Shown: piece by piece, positions 1 to 10,000 of the stretch
Layout: every line of letters starts with the position of its first letter
Numbering within the stretch: position 1 is the first letter of the stretch
NCBI GenBank assembly: GCA_028287685.1
Contig: JAQBPE010000490.1
Coordinates: 4,642-68,641, forward strand
DNA from: Cyanobacteria bacterium RYN_339
Lineage (GTDB): Bacteria; Cyanobacteriota; Sericytochromatia; S15B-MN24; JAQBPE01
Length of the DNA: 64,000 nucleotides
Direction of reading: 5' to 3'
Position numbers and translations under genes: made by a program
Notes under the pieces: generated by a model
Seen by the model: only the letters and a program-made list of their open reading frames with translations
What the model was told of the DNA's origin: nothing
The model's database searches: none

Positions 1-1686
1 CTGACGCGCCTGGCGGACCACGAGTACCTGGCCTACCGCAACCACGCCAAGGCCTCGCAGCTCTTCAAGGAGCAGCTGGCGCACGACCAGGATCGCCCCG
101 CCCTGGTGGCCCTGGACGACCACCTGCAGGCCGTCGCCAGCGCCACGCCCCTGGGCGCCCGGGACTTCTCCGCGCTGCCGATCGCCCGCCAGGCCCAGGC
201 CACGGATGGCGTGGTGCGCTCCGGGCTGGTGGCCTGGCCCGACGGCGGCCAACCCCGGGTGGTGGAGGCCCGACGCTACAAGTTCTATGACCGCGCCGGC
301 GAGCACTGGGGCGTGCTGCTCGAGGCGCTCGACCTCGCGCGGCTCGACCGCCTGCTGAACCACGGCACCGGGACGGTGGAGGTCTTCGATGCCACGGGGC
401 GCCCGTTGATCCCCGTGCCCGCCAGCGCGACCGTGGCCCCGGCCACGCGGCCCGAGGTGGCAATGGCCCTGGGGGGCCGGCAAGACGTCAGCGTGCGCGC
501 GGACCACAGCGTCATGGCCTACGCGCCCGTGCCGGGCTTCGACTGGGCCGTGCTGGCCTCCACGCCCACCGCCCAGATGCTGCTGCCGCTGGAGCGCGAC
601 ATCCGCCAGGCCACGCTCTCCGGCGCGCTCGCCATGCTGATAGGCGCGGTCTTGGCCGTCTTGCTGAGCGCCTTCCTGGTGGCCCCCATCCGGCGGCTGG
701 AGGCCGGCGCCGCCGCCCTGGCGCGCGGCGAATGGGAGGCCGGCGGCGCCGGGACGTCGCTCTTGCCCACCCACCGCGACGATGAGCTGGGGCGGCTCGC
801 CAAGAACTTCGAGCTGATGGCGGCGCAGCTGCGCGACCGCTTCCGCGGCATCGAGGAGGAGGTGGCCCAGCGCACGAGCGACCTGAAGGATGCCAACCTC
901 CGGCTGACCCAGGCCGTGGAAGAGCTGAAGGCGCTGGACGAGCTGAAGCGCGCCTTCCTGGACGCCGTCAGCCATGAGCTGCGCACGCCGCTGAACTTCA
1001 TCATGGGCTATGGCTCCACGCTGGCGGACGGCTTGCTGGGACCGCTCTCGCTCGACCAGGAGCGCGCCGTCGAGGCCATCCTGGGCGGCTCCGACCGGCT
1101 GCTGGGCGTCATCAACGACCTGATCGAGATCTCGCGCCTCGAAGCCGGCCTGATCCCGCTGGTGCCGGTCGCCGTGGACCTGGGCGAGCTGATCGCCATC
1201 GCGCTGGAGCAGCTCGACGCCCAGGTGCGCGAGCGCGAGCTGATCGTAACCGTCGACGCGTCGCCGGAGCTGTCGCCCGCCCACGCGGACCCGGAGCGGG
1301 TGGGGCAAATCTTGAAGCAGCTGCTGACGAACGCCATCAAGTTCACGGAGCCGGGCGGCCACATCACCGTGAGCGTGCGGCCGGTCGGTGACCGCCTCGT
1401 CACCGAGGTCGCGGACACGGGCATGGGCATCCCCGCGGCGGCGCTGCCCTACATCTGGGAGTCGTTCCGCCAGGGCGACGGCAGCCTGACGCGGCGCCAT
1501 GGCGGCACCGGCGTGGGCCTCGCGATCGTGAAGCGCCTGCTCGACGCCATGGGCGAGCGGGTGGAGGTAGAGAGCGAAGTGGGCGTGGGCAGCCGCTTCC
1601 GCTTCACCCTACCCGTGGCGTCGGCCGACGGCTCACGTGCCGGCGAGGGCACGGCGGCCCAGGGCTTCGGCCAACAGATTCAATAG
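1..1686 (+). CDS. Sensor histidine kinase, 5'-partial at window edge (extracytoplasmic sensor, TM, HAMP, HisKA, HATPase_c)
   Basis: Frame 1 is open from nt 1 through the GTG at 106, so the gene begins upstream of the window. TM segment LSGALAMLIGAVLAVLLSAFLV, HAMP-like APIRRLEAGAAALARGEWE, H-box AVSHELRTPLN, ATPase boxes NAIKFT, DTGMGI, GGTGVGL. Confidence 0.9.
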   Translation: MTRLADHEYLAYRNHAKASQLFKEQLAHDQDRPALVALDDHLQAVASATPLGARDFSALPIARQAQATDGVVRSGLVAWPDGGQPRVVEARRYKFYDRAGEHWGVLLEALDLARLDRLLNHGTGTVEVFDATGRPLIPVPASATVAPATRPEVAMALGGRQDVSVRADHSVMAYAPVPGFDWAVLASTPTAQMLLPLERDIRQATLSGALAMLIGAVLAVLLSAFLVAPIRRLEAGAAALARGEWEAGGAGTSLLPTHRDDELGRLAKNFELMAAQLRDRFRGIEEEVAQRTSDLKDANLRLTQAVEELKALDELKRAFLDAVSHELRTPLNFIMGYGSTLADGLLGPLSLDQERAVEAILGGSDRLLGVINDLIEISRLEAGLIPLVPVAVDLGELIAIALEQLDAQVRERELIVTVDASPELSPAHADPERVGQILKQLLTNAIKFTEPGGHITVSVRPVGDRLVTEVADTGMGIPAAALPYIWESFRQGDGSLTRRHGGTGVGLAIVKRLLDAMGERVEVESEVGVGSRFRFTLPVASADGSRAGEGTAAQGFGQQIQ

Positions 1687-2022
1687 GGTCTTGCGCCGGT
1701 AGGGCTTGGCCAGGAACAGGTCGCAGCCGGCTTCGAGGCCGCTTTGGCGCTCGTGCGGCTCCGTGCAGCCGGAGACGGCCATGATCAAGGCGTCGCAGGT
1801 GCCGGGGGTGGCCCGCAGGCGGCGCGTGGCTTCCAGGCCGTTCATCACCGGCATGGCCAGATCCATCAGCACGACGTCGTAGCGATCGGCGGCGCAACGC
1901 TCGACGGCTTCGGCCCCGTTGGCGCACGCCGTAACCCGGTAACCCGCACTCGCCAGGCTGATCACCGCGATTTCGCGGTTGTTGGGCTCGTCTTCGACCA
2001 CCAGGACGTGCATTGCTTGCAT
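1633..2022 (-). CDS. Single-domain response regulator (CheY-like receiver)
   Basis: Receiver signature HVLVVEDEP ... DVVLMDLAMPVMNG ... FLAKP. Start is ambiguous (ATG 2022 or 2013; the longest ORF uses TTG 2073). The 3' end overlaps the convergent kinase 3' end by 54 nt. Confidence 0.85.
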   Translation of the reverse strand: MQAMHVLVVEDEPNNREIAVISLASAGYRVTACANGAEAVERCAADRYDVVLMDLAMPVMNGLEATRRLRATPGTCDALIMAVSGCTEPHERQSGLEAGCDLFLAKPYRRKTLLNLLAEALGRRALAGT

Positions 2023-2075
2023 TGCGTCGAGCGTAACAAATTGCGAAGCGAGATACAACGAAACCACCTTCAAGA

Positions 2076-2965
2076 ATGTCTAAGTTTTCTAACGAGGCGG
2101 GCAAGGGTTGGTATACTGGGCGGGAGAGCGAGGGGCACTTGACGCAGCAGGGGGCACAGGTGGGCATGGACCAGGCAGGCCGCGCGGCGCTGCTGGATGA
2201 CGCCTTCGCGTATCCCGAGTTCAGCTCGTTCTTCTCGCCGGCCCGCATGCGCGCCCGCCTCGATGGCCTGCTGGAGACCGGCTCCCCCTACCTGTTCCGC
2301 CGCGACGGGCTGTTGGCCTGGCTCGGGCAGGGCGCCCACGCCGTCTTCATCAACTACCTGGCGGCCAGCGGCGATCACCTCACGCGGTACGTGGGCGAGA
2401 TGATGGCGGCCTTCGAGCCGCTGATCGCCCAGGACCGCGTGACCCTCGTGCAAATCTACGCCGTCTCGCCGGCTGCCTGCGCGGCCTTCGAGGGCACCGG
2501 CTTCCAGGCCATGAGCGAGTTCCTGCGCATGCGCTTCGAGCCCGCCGGCCCCGTCACGCCGGACCCCCGCGTGCGCCCCGCCCGGGAGGAGGACATCACG
2601 CCGATCGCCCGCGTGGCCATGCGCGCCTTCCCCAACGAGCCCTGGCCGCTGGAGAGCTGGGAGGAGACCATGCGCCTGACGCCGCTCAAGCTGGTCGCCA
2701 TGCAGGGCGAGCAGGCCGTGGGCGTGATCATGGGCTCCGTCAACGACGAGACGATGATGATTTCCGGGCTGGCAATCGACCCTGACGCCCACGGCGGCGG
2801 GCTGGGCACCGTGCTGGTACAGCAAATGCTGGCCGTGGCGCACGCGGAGGGCCGCTCGCGCGTGGAGGTGTTGGCCGACGGCAAGAGCCGCGTGGTCCAG
2901 TTCTACGAGCGCGCCGGCTTCAACTCGCTCTACCCGGGCTTCTACCTCGCCAAGGAGTGGCGGTC

Positions 2966-2969
<4 letters not shown>
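2076..2969 (+). CDS. GNAT-family N-acetyltransferase (two GNAT-like halves)
   Basis: C-terminal GNAT motif A region ISGLAIDPDAHGGGLGTVLVQQML ... FYERAGF. Start is uncertain: ATG 2076 lies in an AT-richer promoter-like stretch (TATACT at about 2115), and ATG 2166 (MDQAGRAALL) is an alternative. Confidence 0.8.
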
Positions 2970-4702
<1,733 letters not shown>

Positions 4703-4904
4703 GGCAACAATTCTCCTTTGCGCAGATTCTACCACCTGCTCGCTTGCCCCTCCTGCGTCCGCGGGTGTAAAGTCAGTCGTATGCGCGTCCTGGTCACCGG
4801 TCCCACCGGCGCCTGGGCAAGCTCTAGCGCGCCGTCACCCCTGAAGCCCTGGCTTACTTGACCCACCCCGAGCCCGAACCGGCTGCCCCTGTAGGAGAAC
4901 CCGT

Positions 4905-5237
4905 ATGACCGACGCCGCTGACGACACCAGCCTTCCCATCAGCGCCCGCTACGCGGCCATGGCCAGCAAGAGCGCCGGCCAGGCCGAAATCGCGCTCCGC
5001 CGAGTCCACACCGCCACCGGCGAGGAAGACCCCCGCGCCGCCAAGCGCGCCCGCCGCGAAGCCGCGGAGTGGTGCGACACCGCCAAGCTGGACGCCATGC
5101 GCGCCCACGGCGCCCTGGCCGCGGAGTCCGGCGTCTTCGACGCCGTCCATGGCGCCGCCGACGAGGCCGTCAAGCGCGCTACCGCCGCCCGTGACGGCGC
5201 CGCCGCGGCTTACCGGGAGATGAAGGCCGAAGGCTAA
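4905..5237 (+). CDS. Hypothetical small alpha-helical protein (110 aa)
   Basis: ATG preceded by AGGAG at -8. It sits 4 nt upstream of the next gene. No recognisable motif. Confidence 0.55.
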   Translation: MTDAADDTSLPISARYAAMASKSAGQAEIALRRVHTATGEEDPRAAKRARREAAEWCDTAKLDAMRAHGALAAESGVFDAVHGAADEAVKRATAARDGAAAAYREMKAEG

Positions 5238-5241
5238 CGCG

Positions 5242-5664
5242 ATGCTCGCCGCGCGGATCGTCGTGCTGTTGGCCGCTTGTCTGCTGTTGGGCTGCCCCCA
5301 GCCCAACAAGACGGCGGCCAAGCCCTCGGCCAAGCCCAGCCCCACGGACACGCCCCGCCCGCCCACGCCCACGCCCGGCCCCACGGAGTTGGCCGTGGAT
5401 GACGCCACCATCCACATCAAGAACCACGCCTTCCAGCCGGCCGTGATCCACGTGAAGCAAGGCGGCACCGTCACCTGGCTGAACGACGACGCCGACCCCC
5501 ACACGGCCACGCCCACCTTGGGCGCCTCCTTCTCCGGCACGGAGCGCATCGACGCCAACAGCAGCAGCGGCAAGGTGACCTTCAAGACGGCGGGCGAGCA
5601 AAGCTACAAGTGCGACTACCACCCGGGCGAGACGGGCAAGATCGTGGTGGTGCCGGTCCCCTGA
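5242..5664 (+). CDS. Cupredoxin-fold (plastocyanin/amicyanin-like) copper-binding lipoprotein
   Basis: Lipobox LLLGC; blue-copper-like ligand context DADPHTATP ... YKCDYHPGETGKIVVV. Confidence 0.8.
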   Translation: MLAARIVVLLAACLLLGCPQPNKTAAKPSAKPSPTDTPRPPTPTPGPTELAVDDATIHIKNHAFQPAVIHVKQGGTVTWLNDDADPHTATPTLGASFSGTERIDANSSSGKVTFKTAGEQSYKCDYHPGETGKIVVVPVP

Positions 5665-5733
5665 CCGCTTGATTGCTGACACCTTCCGACCGCGCCCCCA
5701 TGATGGGGTGGCCCGGGGGGTGGAGGAGGATCG

Positions 5734-7170
5734 ATGCGGCGGATGCTGGCTAGCTTGGCGGCGGCGGCCATGCTGGCAGCCTGCGGGAGCCAGGGCAGCA
5801 CCGGGCCGGGCGCGGTGGCCACGGCCCGCCCGGGTGCGACGCCGGTCCCCGTGTTGGCGGGCCCGCTGGTGCGCATGCGTGCCGCCGTCTTCGGCACCCC
5901 GCCCACCCGCGCGCTGATCGGCTCGAACGCGGCGCCCGGCGCCAACGCGGGCTTCACGTTGGCGCTGGGCGACCAGGCCGCCTACCACGTCCAGCGGGCC
6001 CAAGCCGAGGCCCGCGCGCTGGCAGGCCTGCCGGCGCCGGCCCCCCACTACGCGCTGGCCCAGACCCACGCCGTGGGCGAGACCCAGCCGTTCTGGGTCT
6101 TCACCGACGACACCCCCGGCTCCGAGGCCGAGGTCCAGGTGCAGGCGACGCTGGCGGCGGTGGGCCAGCACTGCTACGTCTGGAACGACCCGGCCGGCAA
6201 TTCCAGCCCGCACGCCACGGCGCTGCTGGCCGCGCGGATCCGCGAGATCGCGGACACCTTCGACGCCCAGATCTACCCAACCGACACGCGCCTCTTCGGC
6301 TCGGAGGCCAACCCCGGCGTGGATGGCGACCCGCGCATCCACATCCTGATCAGCCCGGCCGTCAGCCAGGGCGGCGGCGGCACCACGCTGGGCTACTTCT
6401 CGCGCCGCGACGCCTACCCGGCGAACCCCAACGGCCGGGCCATCATGCAGCACAGCAACGCCAAGGAGCTGATCAACGTCGCCACGCGCATCGTGCTGAC
6501 GGGCAGCCAGGAAGACTACCTGGGCACGCTCGCCCACGAGTTCGAGCACATGATCAACTTCAACCAGAAGGTGCTGCTGGGCAAGAACGCCGTCGGCGAG
6601 GACCTCTGGATCGACGAAGGCATGGCCATGTACGCCCTGGAGGCCAACGGCTACGGCTTGCGCGGCGGCGGGCGGGTGTTGCTCAACCACGTGCGCGATT
6701 TCCAGGCCCAGCCGGAGACCTACTCGCTGAACGAGTGGGACGCCAACCCGCACGGCATCGGCTACGGCCCGGTCTACCTGTTCATGGTCTATGTGGCTGA
6801 CCGCTTCGGCGAGGGCATCCTGCACGAGATCGTCTCGTCGCCCCAAATCGGCTTCCCCAACCTGGAGGCCCGGCTCAACGCCCACGGCAGCCGTTTCAGC
6901 GACCTGTTCGCCGACTGGGCCGCCGCCAACGTCGTGGACCATGTGCCGGGCATGCCGCCGACGCTGACGTACAAGCTGATCGACATGCATGGCAGCTACG
7001 GCGGCACGCCGCTGACGGGGTTCTACGGCAACAGCGTGGCGGAGACCGGCATCTCGAACCTATCGCTGCGGCCATGTTCGCTCTTCTACGCCGAGCTGCC
7101 GAGCGGTGTGGGGCTGCCGGCCTTCAAGGTGGGCGCCGGCGTGACGGTGGAGCCGCCCCTGGGTCAGTAG
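5734..7170 (+). CDS. Secreted zinc metallopeptidase lipoprotein (HExxH; possibly M30/hyicolysin-like)
   Basis: GGAGGAGGA Shine-Dalgarno, lipobox MLAACG, zinc motif GTLAHEFEHMINFN. Confidence 0.75.
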   Translation: MRRMLASLAAAAMLAACGSQGSTGPGAVATARPGATPVPVLAGPLVRMRAAVFGTPPTRALIGSNAAPGANAGFTLALGDQAAYHVQRAQAEARALAGLPAPAPHYALAQTHAVGETQPFWVFTDDTPGSEAEVQVQATLAAVGQHCYVWNDPAGNSSPHATALLAARIREIADTFDAQIYPTDTRLFGSEANPGVDGDPRIHILISPAVSQGGGGTTLGYFSRRDAYPANPNGRAIMQHSNAKELINVATRIVLTGSQEDYLGTLAHEFEHMINFNQKVLLGKNAVGEDLWIDEGMAMYALEANGYGLRGGGRVLLNHVRDFQAQPETYSLNEWDANPHGIGYGPVYLFMVYVADRFGEGILHEIVSSPQIGFPNLEARLNAHGSRFSDLFADWAAANVVDHVPGMPPTLTYKLIDMHGSYGGTPLTGFYGNSVAETGISNLSLRPCSLFYAELPSGVGLPAFKVGAGVTVEPPLGQ

Positions 7171-9923
7171 CTGCCGGCCGGCAGGAAGCGGATCAGGTTG
7201 GCGCCCACGTCCACGATGGCCAGCCGGCCGTCCGGCAGCGCCACGATGCCGCCGGGCAGCACCAGGGCGTCGTCGGCGCTGGGGTCCGTGAAGAACTTGC
7301 CGCGTGGGCCGGCCACCGTCGTGATGGTGCCGTCCGGCGCGATCTTGCGGATATGCGCAGGCACGAAGGGCAGCCCGTCCAGCAGCTCCGGCGGGAACTT
7401 GGTGCCACCGCTCACCAGCGTCAGGCCGACGGAGCCCGCTTCTCCCACGTACAGGTTGCCGGCGGCGTCGAAGGCCAGCGCGCCAGGCCCGAACAGCACG
7501 GCGTCCTTGGCCGGGCGGCCTTCCTCGTCGGGCGCGCCGTCGGTGATGCGGCCCAGCGCGGTGCCGAAGGCGACGCCCGCCCAGGGCGTGATGCGGGCCG
7601 CCGGCGTGCCCAGGCCGGTGACTTTGAGGATCTGCAAGCTGGCGGCGTCCGCGAGGTAGAGGTCGCCGGCCGCGTCGAAGGCCATGCCGCTGGGCAAGAC
7701 CGGCTGGTAGTCCGCCGCGGAGCCCCCCTCCGGCGGCGGCGGCCCCTTGGTACCGCTGACGACGCGGTCCACCTGCCCGTCCAGGCGCAGGCGGTAGACG
7801 CCGCCGTCGCCGGTCGTGCTCCAGAAAAGCTCGCCGTTGGGCGCAAAGGCCATCCCCAGCGTCTCGTGGATGCGCACCTGGTCCGCAGGCACGGGCGCTC
7901 CCAAGCCGGGTGACAGGTGCGGCTGCTTGAGCTCTCCGACGGCGGTCGTGATCACGCCGTCAGGACCGATCGCCCGGATGCGCTGGTTGCCGGGGTCCTG
8001 GACGTAGATGACGCCGTCGCGCACGGCCACGTTGGCCGGCTGCGAGAGCCGCGCCGCCACGGCCGGGCCGCCGTCGCCGCCCAGGCCTCCCACGGTCCCG
8101 GCGATCACGACCAGCTGGCCGCCTTCCAGGCGCTTCACCTGGTTGGTGCCGCCCTCGGCCACGATCAAGCGGCCTTGGCCGTCCACGGCCGCACCGCCGG
8201 GGGCGTTGACGGCCACGTCGCCGAGCAGGCTGCTGCGCTCCGCGGGGTCCCGGCCGGCGACGGGCTCCCAGCGGCCGTTGGTCAGGGCGTAGACGCGTGT
8301 GCTGCCGGCGTCCGCCACGTAGGGCGTGCCGTCGGCGCCGCAGGCCAGGCTGCCGGGCCGCACGAGCAGGTGCGCGGGATCGGGCACGACGCTGCGGCCG
8401 CCGTCCTTGAAGGCCAGCACGCGGCCCATCAGCCCCTCGCTGGCGTAGACCGTGCCGTCCGGCGCGACCACCACGCCGCCGTCCTGCTCGACCACCAGGT
8501 CGGCGGCCACGACCTTGCCCGGCCCGCCGACGGGCCGGTGGTAGAGCACGCCCTGCTTGCCATCCGCCCGGAAGAGCACCCAGAGGGCGCCGTCCGGCGC
8601 AAAGGCCACGCCCAGAACCTCTTCCGGCGTGTAGGGCCCGTCGATGGCGATCGGCCGGGCGGTGCCGTCGGCCTCGATGTGCAGCACGCGCGACGGGTTG
8701 TCCTGGTCCACGCCGTAGCCGCGGGCTTCGCCCACGTAAAGCGTGCCGTCCGGCGCCACCGCGAGCTTGTTCGCCACCATCGCGGTCTTGGTGGCGGGGC
8801 CGCCCGCCGCGCCATGGCTGCGGGAGCCGGTGCCGGCCACCACCGTGCGCGTGCCGTCCGGGTCCACCCGGTAGACGCAGCCCGCCCCCTCGCTGGCGAC
8901 GTAGAAGGTGCCGTTGGGGCCATAGGCGAGGTCGGAGACGCGCCGGAAGTTGTACTTGTACTGGCCCGCGGCGGAGTCTACCAGCGTGGTCAGCGTGCCG
9001 TCCGGCGCCAGGCGGCGGATGCGGCCGAAGATGTGCTCGCCGATGGCCAGGCTGCCGTCCGGGGCCACGGCCAGCCCGCGCACGTCCGTCAGCGGCACCT
9101 GCGTGGCGCGGCGGCCGTTGCCGAGGTTGGCCTGGCCGATCAGCAGCGCCTTGATGTCTTCCAGCTTGCGCGCCACCGCGGGGGCCTGGCCGCGCAGGCG
9201 GTCGGCCAGTTCGAACAGCTCGCCGGGCTGGTAGGTGGGCGCCTTCTCCAGCAGGCCGCGGGCATCGTCCAGCGCCAAGGTGAGCTGGTCCGCCTCGGCG
9301 CTGGGCAGGCGGTCAAACACCTGCTGGCTGCCCTTCACGAAGCCCGCCAGCACGTAGGCCGCGCCCAGCGTCGTGGCCGTGCCGATGTCCTGGGCGCGCG
9401 CGCCGGGCGCCGGATGCGGCAGCATCGCCGCCAGCTCGCCGCCGCGGCGCAGGCGCACCAGCAGCACCACGTTGCCGGCGGGGAGCACGGCGGAGAGCTT
9501 GTAGCCGCCTTGCGCGTCGGTGGTGGCCGTCAGGGCCTTGCCCTTCTCGTCCTGGAGCTCCGCGCCGCTGGCGTCGAAGACCCGGATCGTCGCCCCCGCC
9601 AAGAGTGCCTCCTCGGGCGCCGCGGCCAGCCGGAGCTTGGTCTGGCTGATCAGCTTGGTCTGCGAGATCAGGGAGCCACCGTTGTTGGAGATGATCCCGC
9701 CGCCGTTGTCGCTGATGATGCCCCCGCCGTTGTCGGAGATGATCTTCACCTTGCCCGTCAGCAAGGTGGGCTGCCCGATTTGCTTCACGGCATGGGTGAC
9801 GGCGACCGGCGTCGAGGCCTTCGGGATGGGCGTGGTGGCCCCGTGCGGCGCCGGGCACCCGGCGAGCAGGCTGGCGATCAACCACCATACGACGTGGCGA
9901 TGTTGGCGGCGGGGGAAGCTCAC
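7164..9923 (-). CDS. Large NHL-repeat beta-propeller lipoprotein with carboxypeptidase-regulatory-like domain
   Basis: Lipobox SLLAGC, low-complexity in-frame repeats, CarboxypepD_reg-like segment (ATIRVFDASG...GGYKLSAV), then many NHL-type blades (repeated P.G.A.D..G.LYVAD / G.I.TVAG patterns). Confidence 0.85.
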   Translation of the reverse strand: MSFPRRQHRHVVWWLIASLLAGCPAPHGATTPIPKASTPVAVTHAVKQIGQPTLLTGKVKIISDNGGGIISDNGGGIISNNGGSLISQTKLISQTKLRLAAAPEEALLAGATIRVFDASGAELQDEKGKALTATTDAQGGYKLSAVLPAGNVVLLVRLRRGGELAAMLPHPAPGARAQDIGTATTLGAAYVLAGFVKGSQQVFDRLPSAEADQLTLALDDARGLLEKAPTYQPGELFELADRLRGQAPAVARKLEDIKALLIGQANLGNGRRATQVPLTDVRGLAVAPDGSLAIGEHIFGRIRRLAPDGTLTTLVDSAAGQYKYNFRRVSDLAYGPNGTFYVASEGAGCVYRVDPDGTRTVVAGTGSRSHGAAGGPATKTAMVANKLAVAPDGTLYVGEARGYGVDQDNPSRVLHIEADGTARPIAIDGPYTPEEVLGVAFAPDGALWVLFRADGKQGVLYHRPVGGPGKVVAADLVVEQDGGVVVAPDGTVYASEGLMGRVLAFKDGGRSVVPDPAHLLVRPGSLACGADGTPYVADAGSTRVYALTNGRWEPVAGRDPAERSSLLGDVAVNAPGGAAVDGQGRLIVAEGGTNQVKRLEGGQLVVIAGTVGGLGGDGGPAVAARLSQPANVAVRDGVIYVQDPGNQRIRAIGPDGVITTAVGELKQPHLSPGLGAPVPADQVRIHETLGMAFAPNGELFWSTTGDGGVYRLRLDGQVDRVVSGTKGPPPPEGGSAADYQPVLPSGMAFDAAGDLYLADAASLQILKVTGLGTPAARITPWAGVAFGTALGRITDGAPDEEGRPAKDAVLFGPGALAFDAAGNLYVGEAGSVGLTLVSGGTKFPPELLDGLPFVPAHIRKIAPDGTITTVAGPRGKFFTDPSADDALVLPGGIVALPDGRLAIVDVGANLIRFLPAGSY
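9636..9743 (-). repeat. In-frame tandem repeats inside the NHL gene: 2 x 18 nt (LISQTK) followed by 3 x 24 nt (IISDNGGG)
   Basis: Plus strand: cttggtctggctgatcag / cttggtctgcgagatcag (9636-9671), then three 24-mers each ending in gatgat (9672-9695, 9696-9719, 9720-9743). Confidence 0.9.
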
Positions 9924-9932
9924 TGGCTCATC

Positions 9933-9976
9933 TTACCCTGGCAGGCAAGGGTTGAGCCGGGCCGTTTACCCTTGCC
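9933..9976. promoter_or_regulatory. Inverted repeat in the divergent NHL / regulator intergenic region (candidate operator)
   Basis: caggcaagggt (9940-9950) and acccttgcctg (9966-9976) form a perfect 11-bp inverted repeat with a 15-nt spacer. A further accct copy lies at 9933-9937. Confidence 0.35.
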
Positions 9977-10000
9977 TGGCCGCGGGTACGTCTGGCTGGC

